Below, in pieces: positions 9,211-17,649 of a stretch of 64,000 nt of DNA. A program made the position numbers and the translations under genes. Position 1 is the stretch's first letter, and each line of letters opens with the position of its first letter. The notes beneath the pieces were generated by a model. That model saw only the letters and a list, made by a program, of their open reading frames with translations, did not search any database and had not been told where the DNA came from. This DNA is from Ignavibacteria bacterium (lineage in GTDB: Bacteria; Bacteroidota; Ignavibacteria; Kapaibacteriales; Kapaibacteriaceae), in the NCBI GenBank assembly GCA_947458785.1, contig CANGZU010000002.1, positions 1,770 through 65,769 of the forward strand, written 5' to 3'.

Positions 9211-10254
9211 CTAGAGATTCAAGACAATCCAATTGAAAGCTGCGTTAGGGGGCAATCCCCCTGTGAAATCGACTGTAAATCCCTGAGCCGTTCGATTTGA
9301 GATTACGCCCGTGCTCGAGGAACCGGTCGATTCCATCGTGATGAGAATTCGAGCTGAGGCCAGCAGATTCTCGATGGCTACCGGTGTGGAATTCCGTGTA
9401 TCGATTGTAATGGAGTACTGGCGTGTAGTTGTAGTGTTGATGTATCTGCCAGAGGCGATAGGCATTGTCACTACGGTAAGGGGCATTGTGGAGATCGACG
9501 TGATACGCCCATCTTTGCCCACCGTGATTCGAGGAATGTGCGTTGAATCTCCGTATGTACCCGGCGCAACGCCCGTTGACCTAAGATGCCGTGACGCAAT
9601 GGATGAGTCGTTTACCCCAAGCTTTACGGCAGAAGAACTTGGGTTCGTGATGCGGATGACAGAATCGAGTGTCGTTATGGTGATGCTTCCCACCACGCTC
9701 GATGCATCGATGTTGATATCGGTGCCATTCTGCGTGATGACGAGTCCGCCTGTACCACTGAGCCGAAGATCACCACTTGCACCATTCAAACTCAGCACGG
9801 CCCCTTTTGCATTGGGTAGCAGCCCACCGGCAACAACAGACGAGTGTGCTGCCATGGCATAAGGGGCCGATGTGAGCTTGGTTCGTGGTGAGAATGCTTG
9901 TTGAGCGGTTCCGGGAAGACCTATCTCTAGCCAGAGTTGCTGGGTAAAGTCGACATCACGAAGACTTACTTGCTCGCCAATGATGAGGTTGAACACACCG
10001 CCAATCACGGCAGTACTCAACTCATCAGCATAGACAGGCGAGCCATCTGTTGCTACAGTGAACAGCTTGACAGAGATTACGTACTGACCATCTGAATAGA
10101 CTGTCCCGTCCGGTTGAATGAGCACTCCCTGAAACGAAAGCAGTCGGGGTATACCTGTGTCTTCAGACTGAGCATGAGCACTCTGCGTTGTAGCTATCAT
10201 TACCACGATCGCGAGTATCATCAGCCCGATGTGCTGTAGCCTTTGCATTGTCAT
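9211..10254 (-). CDS. Secreted tail-fibre-like protein (related, with a different N-terminal module)
   Basis: Signal peptide ending AHAQ. Segments LSLNGASGDLRLSGTGGLVITQNGTDINIDA and GVAPGTYGDSTHIPRITVGKDGRITSIS resemble recurring phage side-tail-fibre motifs. The C-terminal module is comparable in length and alternating pattern to its two neighbours. Confidence 0.55.
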   Translation of the reverse strand: MTMQRLQHIGLMILAIVVMIATTQSAHAQSEDTGIPRLLSFQGVLIQPDGTVYSDGQYVISVKLFTVATDGSPVYADELSTAVIGGVFNLIIGEQVSLRDVDFTQQLWLEIGLPGTAQQAFSPRTKLTSAPYAMAAHSSVVAGGLLPNAKGAVLSLNGASGDLRLSGTGGLVITQNGTDINIDASSVVGSITITTLDSVIRITNPSSSAVKLGVNDSSIASRHLRSTGVAPGTYGDSTHIPRITVGKDGRITSISTMPLTVVTMPIASGRYINTTTTRQYSITIDTRNSTPVAIENLLASARILITMESTGSSSTGVISNRTAQGFTVDFTGGLPPNAAFNWIVLNL

Positions 10255-10261
10255 AGCGTGC

Positions 10262-10855
10262 CTAGCGATTGCAAGAGATAGTGGCCGAAAAGTGTTCGCG
10301 AGTAGTACTGGAAAACTGTTGTACGCTCACCCGCACGGTATAGAGTCCGTTTGCTACCGGAGTACCTCCTGCGTCGAGACCATTCCATAGGAAGAGCGCA
10401 GCATCTGGTCGCAGTTGGTTGGGTGTGACCGATCGGATCAGTGACCCACGGTTGTTGTAGATGTCTGCATGAGCAAACTCAATAAACGGATGCGTCACCT
10501 CGATGTGCAGGTTGTCGCGGAACGGATTGGGCCATGTCCATACACGAGCACCAGTCACAACATCAGACCCAGAGCCCACGGATGTAACGACCTCGACGGG
10601 AATCCAGAAACCAAGCATGAGTCGATGATTCAGCGATCGATACGTACCAACAGATGTAAGACCAACTATTGTGCTCAGCGAGAACGGCGTTGTAGGGTTT
10701 GTTGTCAGTAGTGCCGCCCCGCAGGATTGGACCACGCGCTGACGGGGCATCGTGAGCGGTACGTGGTTCGTCTGGGCATGTAAAGACTGATGCAGAGATC
10801 CGATCAAGGCTGCGAATGCATGAAGGGAGATCCAGACGAGGCGGCACATTGACAT
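10262..10855 (-). CDS. Small secreted protein with a T9SS/FlgD-Ig-like C-terminal domain
   Basis: Signal peptide ending LHAQ. The C-terminal half (WTWPNPFRDNLHIEV...ADIYNNRGSLIRSV...LFLWNGLDAGGTPVANGLYTVRVSV) matches the NPF-type sorting-domain pattern. Confidence 0.6.
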   Translation of the reverse strand: MSMCRLVWISLHAFAALIGSLHQSLHAQTNHVPLTMPRQRVVQSCGAALLTTNPTTPFSLSTIVGLTSVGTYRSLNHRLMLGFWIPVEVVTSVGSGSDVVTGARVWTWPNPFRDNLHIEVTHPFIEFAHADIYNNRGSLIRSVTPNQLRPDAALFLWNGLDAGGTPVANGLYTVRVSVQQFSSTTREHFSATISCNR

Positions 10856-10867
10856 TACAGCAACCCC

Positions 10868-11485
10868 TTAGTTGAAGTACCAAGCCAGTGTGAAGTTTGC
10901 CGAGGTAAGCCCAAGAGAAATGTCCGATGTTTCGGGTCCATCCGTCTCTGTACCTGCGGCATTGGTGATCTTGCTTGTGGAGGCCTTGTATCCAATGCCA
11001 TATTCAAGCATGAGCGAAACGTGCCTCCAAGGAAACCACTCTGCGCCAGTAAAGACACCGCCACCAAATGTTGTTGCGCTCACCTTGCTGATCTGCGAGC
11101 CTGCTGCATCATTCTTGATCTCGCCGAGGCCGAAGAGAACTTCGCCCCCTGCATACAGCGCGATGTTGTCGTTGTCGTAAACATTGTATCGCACGCCAGG
11201 TGTGATTGTAAACGACATTGCCGTGGTTTCTTCCTGAGCCGAGTTGTTCTTTGTTTCAACAGCATTGGAGAATCCAATACCAGCCCGTAAGGCGAGGTTG
11301 TTCGAGATAAAGGTCATCGCACCGAGACCGCCGCGGTAGTTTTCTGCACCAATGTCCGAGAGCCCCTTTAGGTCGAACAGCAATGCGCTAGATCCAGACT
11401 GATGCTGCGATGTAGGCTCACTCTGTGCATACGAGCAAAGCGTCGTCGATGCGATCAATGCGACCGCAACAAGAAATCGTTTCAT
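10868..11485 (-). CDS. Small outer-membrane beta-barrel protein (OmpA-beta-barrel / OmpW-like class)
   Basis: Signal peptide MKRFLVAVALIASTTLCSYAQ. Alternating hydrophobic/polar strands with G- and aromatic-rich turns; ends ...ANFTLAWYFN. The start is set at ATG 11485, which is preceded by GGAGG at 5 nt. The ORF-track start at 11500 is a GTG. Confidence 0.65.
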   Translation of the reverse strand: MKRFLVAVALIASTTLCSYAQSEPTSQHQSGSSALLFDLKGLSDIGAENYRGGLGAMTFISNNLALRAGIGFSNAVETKNNSAQEETTAMSFTITPGVRYNVYDNDNIALYAGGEVLFGLGEIKNDAAGSQISKVSATTFGGGVFTGAEWFPWRHVSLMLEYGIGYKASTSKITNAAGTETDGPETSDISLGLTSANFTLAWYFN

Positions 11486-11567
11486 TAGTACCTCCCTCAC
11501 GATGAGTTGAATAAATTGCCGGCGAAACCTTGCCGGCTCATTTCGGGTCGCAACATCATCCTTCGGA

Positions 11568-14084
11568 ATGTCTCATTTGCTACGACTTTCTTCAACTACG
11601 ACACTAGTACTCATGTTGTTTAGAATCTTGTTTTGGATTGTGATGCTGTTTTGGGCGGTGTCTACGCTGCATGCCGATGACGGCTCTGTGATCAACGGAA
11701 TCATCGTTGATAGCCTTACCAAACGGCCTATTCCGGGTGTTGCGATTCGCGCAAAGGGGGCTTCACTGGGCACCTATTCCAAGAGTGGTGGCAAGTTTCG
11801 ATTGCCGGTTCCAACGTCAACGACGCAGCTACAAGTGCGAGGAATTGGGTATGAGCAGCGTGCGATTGATATCGTAGCTGGAGCCTCCGATGTGCGTATC
11901 GCCCTTATGCCTACAAACGTGAATCTGCCCAATGTGAGCGTCGAAGAGTCGATCAGCGCACAGGAAGTGATCAAGCGTGCGATTGCCAAGAAGGATCTGA
12001 ACAATCAGAAGATTCGCTCGCTGGAACAGACGTTGTATTCAAAGGTGAAGGCAATACTGAGTGCCGGAGCACTGAGCAAGCGAGAGGGACCTTCGGAGAT
12101 CATAACCGAAACGTTCTCAACGATCACGGAGCAGCGTATTCCAACTGAGCGCAAATACACACGTATCACACAACGACGTCAGACAGCAAACATTCCGGCC
12201 CAGGATAATCTTGCAGTCTTCGATGTGTTCTTTGATTTCACAGAAGATGAAAACAATGTTCTTAACACACGGCTCGTAACGCCCCTTGGCAAGAATGCGC
12301 TTGATGAATACAACTTTGTTATCGATCGAAAAGTACTTCTCGACAATCTCTGGGTCTATGAGATATCCTTTGCCCCAAAGTCGAGGCTGTTTCCAGGATA
12401 TGAGGGGGTACTGAGTATCTACGAAGACTCCTATCAGGTAGTAGCAGCGCGATTTGCACCATCCCAGGAGACGGCGTTTCCGTTCCTGAAGAACTTTGTG
12501 ATCGAGCAGCGGTATGACCGCATACAAGACACACTCTGGGTGCCGACGTATCAGCAGGCGTCTGCAGAACTCAAAATCAAACTCATGCCGTTTGTAGAGT
12601 TTAAGGCAAGTGTTGTGGCTCAGATCAACGTAAGCTCCGTGCGGGCAAACATCGATGTACCTGATTCATTGTTTCCAGTAGTAGATCCAGACTCTGCTGA
12701 TTCGCGCGTGAAGACGGATGCACGGGGCGCTACTGTAGAGGTGCGGAGTAGAGATGGCAATAGTCGAATTGTCGTAGATGCAGAGGCGGATTCAGCCAAG
12801 CAGGAGTACTGGGACAAGTACGCCTTTGCAGAGCAGACAGACGAAGAACGGCAGATCTATGCCCGGCAGGACAGCATAAAGAAGGCTGATCCACAGGACG
12901 ATGATGACAGTCCGCGTGGACCACTAGCTGGCTCAATGTTCAACATAGGTAGCATTGGAAGTATAGCATTCGGATTAGACCCGTATATCAATCGAACAGG
13001 AATCACGGGTACATTGTACGGTCCGGCACTTGCCGTTGTTGCGCCACGTCTGCGCTTTACTGCCTCTGCCGGATTCGGCAGCGCGGGAACCCGCGTAGGC
13101 CGTGCGGATCTTGATGTGCGGCTGTTTCGATCCCGTGGCTATGGCCTGAACGCCTTAGGCTCGGTCTTCTCATCGATCGCCTCAATCCAGGATGCGCGAA
13201 ATGCACAGCTTGGCTTCAGCTCAATCGATGTTACAAACCTGATTTATGCAGAGTTCTCAGACTTCTACCGTCGAGATGGTTTCGACCTCGGACTTCGCCT
13301 TCGTGCGCCGTGGGGCGTTACAACAGTAGGGGGCTCGTGGGCACGCCAGTACAACGCACCGCTGCTCGAAGATCTCAAGCGTGAACAGGCCTTAGCCGCA
13401 CCTGGCAACTATCGTATTCTGGGCGTTCGAACACAGATTCTAGAGGGCGGCAACTCTGTTGGCAATCTCTTCGGTTCTTCGAAGGATGATCCCGTCACGG
13501 GGTCGTTACATGGTATCTATGGGACGGAACTTTCATCGAACACATCCTTCTGGAGCATTGATGCGAGTATCACGGGGCATATCCCGACGGTACGCACGGG
13601 ATATGCGCCCATGATGTTAGATCTGACGCTCGAGGGCGGTCTGCAACCGGCAGAGACGCCGCAGCAGTTTCGGTTTGTGACATTGCGAAGCTTCCCAGTG
13701 CTTGGCATGACCAACATGTTTGCAACGATCAATATCAACCGGTTTGCCGGCACGGAGTATGCAACGCTGCATGCTGAGCATAACTTTACGGACCTCTGGT
13801 GGCGGGCAATTGGTCTGCCCAGTCTCTCATTTGGCCGAGGTGTGGACCTGATTGGACGCTTCAGCGCTACGAACGTTGTGCAGCGTGCAAAGCCCCTTAC
13901 AGCTAATCAGCTCTTTGATTCTTCTAACGGCTATTACATGGAAGCAGGATTCGCTGTTTCCCGGATTCCATCATACATCAGCGATCTGATCTTCCTCCGT
14001 GTTGATGCTCGCTGGCCGGTTGGACCTCTTTCATCCCAGGGCAGCTTTGGCTGGATCCTGACGTTATCCAGTCCGCTGATGTAG
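11568..14084 (+). CDS. Carboxypeptidase-regulatory-like domain protein, DUF5686-type (large FCB-group envelope protein)
   Basis: N-terminal hydrophobic anchor, then INGIIVDSLTKRPIPGVAIRAKGASLGTYSKSGGKFRLPVP (CarboxypepD_reg-like). The ~830 aa size is typical of DUF5686 proteins. Confidence 0.55.
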   Translation: MSHLLRLSSTTTLVLMLFRILFWIVMLFWAVSTLHADDGSVINGIIVDSLTKRPIPGVAIRAKGASLGTYSKSGGKFRLPVPTSTTQLQVRGIGYEQRAIDIVAGASDVRIALMPTNVNLPNVSVEESISAQEVIKRAIAKKDLNNQKIRSLEQTLYSKVKAILSAGALSKREGPSEIITETFSTITEQRIPTERKYTRITQRRQTANIPAQDNLAVFDVFFDFTEDENNVLNTRLVTPLGKNALDEYNFVIDRKVLLDNLWVYEISFAPKSRLFPGYEGVLSIYEDSYQVVAARFAPSQETAFPFLKNFVIEQRYDRIQDTLWVPTYQQASAELKIKLMPFVEFKASVVAQINVSSVRANIDVPDSLFPVVDPDSADSRVKTDARGATVEVRSRDGNSRIVVDAEADSAKQEYWDKYAFAEQTDEERQIYARQDSIKKADPQDDDDSPRGPLAGSMFNIGSIGSIAFGLDPYINRTGITGTLYGPALAVVAPRLRFTASAGFGSAGTRVGRADLDVRLFRSRGYGLNALGSVFSSIASIQDARNAQLGFSSIDVTNLIYAEFSDFYRRDGFDLGLRLRAPWGVTTVGGSWARQYNAPLLEDLKREQALAAPGNYRILGVRTQILEGGNSVGNLFGSSKDDPVTGSLHGIYGTELSSNTSFWSIDASITGHIPTVRTGYAPMMLDLTLEGGLQPAETPQQFRFVTLRSFPVLGMTNMFATININRFAGTEYATLHAEHNFTDLWWRAIGLPSLSFGRGVDLIGRFSATNVVQRAKPLTANQLFDSSNGYYMEAGFAVSRIPSYISDLIFLRVDARWPVGPLSSQGSFGWILTLSSPLM

Positions 14085-14093
14085 TTTTGCATC

Positions 14094-15204
14094 ATGTTCG
14101 AACCACAAAAACAACAGATAGCAACTCTCCGCGACCGTGTGGACCAACTGCGGAGGTTCCTTTGACATCGATCGTAAACTTGACGAGATAGCCGAGCGTG
14201 AGATGCTCACGCAGGCCCCAGGATTCTGGGACGATGCACAGAATGCGCAAAAGGTTATGCGCGAAACAGCCGGACTCAAAGACTGGGTTGATGCTTGGAA
14301 AAACGCCGAGCAAAGTGTTGGTGATGTTCAGGCCCTCATCGAGCTCGCAGAAGAAGTAGACGATGCATCGATGGAAGCAGAGATTATCGCAGAAGCAGAC
14401 CGTAGCGCGAAAGCTGTAGATGAGCTCGAGCTGCGCAAGATCCTGTCGGGACCGGACGACAACCGTAATGCGATCCTAACCATCAACGCTGGTGCCGGCG
14501 GCACCGAGGCTCAAGATTGGGCTGAGATGCTCATGCGTATGTACACTCGTTGGGCTGAGAAGCACGACTTCGAAGTGTATCTAGCGGAAGAGCAGGAGGG
14601 CGATACGGCCGGTATCAAGAGCTGTACGCTTGAGATCCGCGGACGCTATGCCTTTGGATTTCTCAAAGCTGAAAACGGCGTGCACAGGCTTGTGCGCATC
14701 AGTCCGTATGACTCCAACGCCCGACGTCACACGTCGTTCGCATCAGTGTTCGTTTACCCCGAAGTTGATGATGAAGTAGAGATCGTGGTCAACCCGGCTG
14801 ATGTTGAAATGGATACATTTCGATCTGGGGGTAAGGGCGGACAAAACGTCAACAAGGTCGAAACAGCTGTGCGTTTGCGTCACATCCCATCAGGCATCGT
14901 TGTGGCGTGTCAGCAAGAGCGCTCTCAGCTTCTGAATCGAGAGCACGCCATGAAGATGCTCAAGTCACGACTCTATCAACAACGTCGTGAAGAAGAAGAA
15001 GCGGCCAAGGCTGCCATTGAAGGCTCAAAAAAGAAGATCGAATGGGGCTCGCAGATCCGCTCGTATGTCTTCCAGCCATACACAATGGTTAACGACCACC
15101 GCACCGAAACCAAGATCACGGATGTGCATTCAGTGATGGACGGCGACCTTGATGAGCTTCTCAAGGCCTACTTGCTTCTCGAGGATCAACTGCAGAATTC
15201 ATGA
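14094..15204 (+). CDS. prfB: Peptide chain release factor 2, expressed through a programmed +1 frameshift
   Basis: A short frame-0 ORF (ATG 14094, [23 protein letters not shown]) ends at CTT TGA C (14160-14166). The +1 frame continues as a full RF2 containing [16 protein letters not shown] and the GGQ motif ([18 protein letters not shown]). Confidence 0.93.
14151..14166 (+). promoter_or_regulatory. prfB autoregulatory +1 frameshift site (internal SD-like GGAGG, then CTT TGA C)
   Basis: The sequence cGGAGGttcCTTTGAC was read directly. The TGA at 14163-14165 is in the frame of ATG 14094, and the downstream RF2 ORF is in the +1 frame. Confidence 0.9.
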
Positions 15205-15920
15205 GTACCAGCCCCCTTCACGCGGTAGCACATCTGCTCGACACCAGCGCGCGTATCTGCGTGCTTACCGGTGCAGGTGTAAGCGCGGAGTCGGGTGTTG
15301 CAACGTTTCGTGATCCTGACGGACTCTGGGCACGATTCTCGCCGTACGAGCTGGCGAGCATGGATGGATTCCTGGCGAATCCCGACCGCGTTCGTGATTG
15401 GTACAACTATCGTCGTGCGATCATCAACAGTGTTGAGCCGAATGCTGGTCACGTTGCCATCGCAAAGCTTGAGAAGATGTTCGGTGCGAGTTTTACTCTT
15501 GCTACGCAAAATGTAGACAGACTTCACCAGCGTGCGGGCAGTATTCGCGTGCTCGAAGTACACGGGAACATTCACGAGAACCGCTGCAATGGCTGTCATG
15601 GTGTGCGTAGCGACGATGAGCTCACGTGTCCATCATGCTCGGGTTCGATGCGTCCAAACGTTGTGTGGTTCGGTGAGGACCTTCCAGAAGATGTCTTTGC
15701 AGCGGCAGAAGAAGCAGCGCGCACGTGCGATGTGATGCTTGTTATCGGCACAAGCGCTGATGTATGGCCGGCAGCAGGACTCCCGTATACGGCCAAGATG
15801 GCTGGTGCACAGATCGTGGAGATCAATCCCAATCAAACATCGTTGACTCCTCACGTGCATCATGTACTGAGCGGAACCAGCGCCGTGATACTACCTCAGA
15901 TTCTCGAGGCAATGACATGA
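15201..15920 (+). CDS. cobB: NAD-dependent protein deacylase (Sir2 family)
   Basis: [31 protein letters not shown]...C..C...CP.C (zinc ribbon), RPNVVWFGE. Confidence 0.88.
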   Translation: MSTSPLHAVAHLLDTSARICVLTGAGVSAESGVATFRDPDGLWARFSPYELASMDGFLANPDRVRDWYNYRRAIINSVEPNAGHVAIAKLEKMFGASFTLATQNVDRLHQRAGSIRVLEVHGNIHENRCNGCHGVRSDDELTCPSCSGSMRPNVVWFGEDLPEDVFAAAEEAARTCDVMLVIGTSADVWPAAGLPYTAKMAGAQIVEINPNQTSLTPHVHHVLSGTSAVILPQILEAMT

Positions 15921-16300
15921 TCATCGGCATCGGTACCGACGTTGTAGATGTCCCGCGCATTCAAGCAGCATTGCAAGAGTATGGCGAACGCTTTCTTGTA
16001 AAAGTGTTTACGGAAGAGGAGATCAACTACTGCAATCGCTTCGGGGAAACACGCTTTCTTCATTATGCCGCTCGTTTTGCCGCAAAGGAGGCCTTTTCGA
16101 AGGCCGTTAAGACAGGAATGCGTGATGGCATGTCGTTCAGGCAAGTTGGCATTCGCAACCTCCCCTCAGGCGAACCCATTATGGAGCTCTTCGGTACCAT
16201 GCAGGAGCGGTGGGCAGGCCATACTATTCACGTAAGCATTAGTCACACGGCCACCGTAGCTTTAGCTGTCGTGGTCATTGAATCAGTTCCGCAATCGTAA
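15917..16300 (+). CDS. acpS: Holo-[acyl-carrier-protein] synthase
   Basis: [15 protein letters not shown]...FAAKEAFSKA...ISHT. The start ATG at 15917 overlaps the cobB stop (ATGA). The longer ORF-track start at 15764 is rejected. Confidence 0.88.
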   Translation: MIIGIGTDVVDVPRIQAALQEYGERFLVKVFTEEEINYCNRFGETRFLHYAARFAAKEAFSKAVKTGMRDGMSFRQVGIRNLPSGEPIMELFGTMQERWAGHTIHVSISHTATVALAVVVIESVPQS

Positions 16301-16312
16301 TCAGACATCGCT

Positions 16313-17476
16313 ATGCTCCCATCGATCTACAACCCATCAGAACCCTTCACACTCGGTTTGTTAGGGGGCGGGCAGCTCGCCAAGATGACGGCTCAAGAGG
16401 CCTATCGTATGGGGCTTCGTGTTGCCGTGATTGAACACGGTGCAGATTCTCCCGCCGGCATCATGACCAAGAAAGAATTCCCAGGCGGCTGGAAGAATCC
16501 GGAAGATCTTGAAGCATTCATTCAGGCCTCTGACATCATCACGCTAGAAAACGAATTCATCGATCCTGAGATCCTTGATGTGATCGCAGAGCGCAGACTT
16601 GTTTTCCCGACACCAGATACCATGCGCCTTGTGCAGGACAAGTTCATTCAGAAGCAGACGTTCTCAGCAGCTGGTGTTCCCACGCCTCACTTTGCTGAGA
16701 TAGCCACAAAGCAGGATCTGATCGACTTTGGTGCCAAGCATGGCTACCCATTTGTTGCCAAGACCCGCAAGTTTGGATACGACGGTTACGGAAACGCTAC
16801 GATCAAGCGTGAAACAGAGATCGATATGGTGTGGCGCAGGTTCATGGAAGGGGAAGACCCTCGCCCCCTGCTCGCCGAATCATTTGTAACGTTTACCAAA
16901 GAACTGGCGGTAATGGTTGCCCGTAACAAGCGCGGAGAGATCGCCGTGTACCCTTGTGTGCAGACAATCCAACAGGGTCACATTTGCGTTACGGTGCTCG
17001 CACCCGCGCCGATTGAAGCACCACTGCTGAAGCGTGCACAGGATATCGCGATAGCTTGTGTAGAGACGATCAACGGTGTCGGCGTGTTTGGAATCGAGAT
17101 GTTCCTGACGTCAGACGATGACATCGTTTTTAACGAGATCGCTCCGCGTCCACACAACAGCGGACATTACACCATTGAAGCGTGCCACACATCACAGTTT
17201 GAAAACTGTCTTCGAGCCGTTACGAACCTCCCACTTGGCTCTGCAGCCATGCGCGTACCTGCTGCATGCATGATCAACTTGTTGGGTGAGCGCACAGGCA
17301 GCGGTATCCCCGACAGCGTTCTTGAAATGCTCAAGGTTGATGACGTTGCACTCCACCTCTACGGCAAGAAAGATGTCCGCATGGGTCGCAAGATGGGGCA
17401 CCTCACGGCTACCGGTGCCACTGTCGACGAGGCCTTTCAACGAGCCTCGCTGGCGCTGAACAGGTTTGTTTGGTAA
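16313..17476 (+). CDS. purK: N5-carboxyaminoimidazole ribonucleotide synthase (ATP-grasp)
   Basis: LGLLGGGQLAKMTAQEA..., an ATP-grasp core, a PRPHNSGHYTIEA motif, ~387 aa. Confidence 0.88.
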   Translation: MLPSIYNPSEPFTLGLLGGGQLAKMTAQEAYRMGLRVAVIEHGADSPAGIMTKKEFPGGWKNPEDLEAFIQASDIITLENEFIDPEILDVIAERRLVFPTPDTMRLVQDKFIQKQTFSAAGVPTPHFAEIATKQDLIDFGAKHGYPFVAKTRKFGYDGYGNATIKRETEIDMVWRRFMEGEDPRPLLAESFVTFTKELAVMVARNKRGEIAVYPCVQTIQQGHICVTVLAPAPIEAPLLKRAQDIAIACVETINGVGVFGIEMFLTSDDDIVFNEIAPRPHNSGHYTIEACHTSQFENCLRAVTNLPLGSAAMRVPAACMINLLGERTGSGIPDSVLEMLKVDDVALHLYGKKDVRMGRKMGHLTATGATVDEAFQRASLALNRFVW

Positions 17477-17486
17477 GAGAGTTGTC

Positions 17487-17570
17487 AATTACCAATTACC
17501 AGTTACCAATTACGAGTTACGAGTTACCAGTTACCAATTACGAGTTACCAATTACCAATTACCAGTTACC
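17487..17570. repeat. Tandem array of 12 heptamers, consensus ARTTACS (AATTACC/AGTTACC/AATTACG/AGTTACG)
   Basis: Read directly: aattacc aattacc agttacc aattacg agttacg agttacc agttacc aattacg agttacc aattacc aattacc agttacc. It starts 11 nt after the purK stop. Confidence 0.95.
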
Positions 17571-17610
17571 AACTTCTTGCAGATACCGATTGATTTGATC
17601 AGCGTCATTA

Positions 17611-17645
17611 GTAATTCGTAATTCGTAATTCGTAATTCGTAATTC
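17611..17645. repeat. Tandem array of 5 heptamers GTAATTC (equal to AATTACG units on the opposite strand), inverted relative to 17487..17570
   Basis: Read directly: gtaattc x5. It ends 4 nt from the stop of the convergent permease gene, whose stop codon occupies 17650-17652. Confidence 0.95.
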
Positions 17646-17649
17646 GCAA

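Noticed and set aside
7127-10254. The tail-fibre-like proteins as a prophage remnant
   Set aside because: All three have Sec signal peptides. There is no integrase, terminase, capsid, baseplate or lysis gene nearby. The neighbours are an OMP and T9SS cargo, and composition matches the surroundings.
11510-11545. The GCCGGC...GCCGGC dyad in the OMP/DUF5686 divergent spacer as a regulatory hairpin
   Set aside because: It has only a 6-bp self-complementary stem with an 8-nt loop and no flanking U-tract or repetition, so it is indistinguishable from chance.
15764-15916. N-terminal extensions offered by the longest-ORF track for acpS, yggS, tatC, dnaA, lpxB, lpxK, ndk, osmC, psd, dnaN, the protease at 35737, the amidotransferase at 30042 and the T9SS protein at 26713..27603
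   Set aside because: The extensions overlap neighbouring genes, lack family similarity and are R/C/S-rich. Internal ATG or GTG codons give canonical N-termini or signal peptides, often with ATGA-type start/stop coupling or a visible SD.
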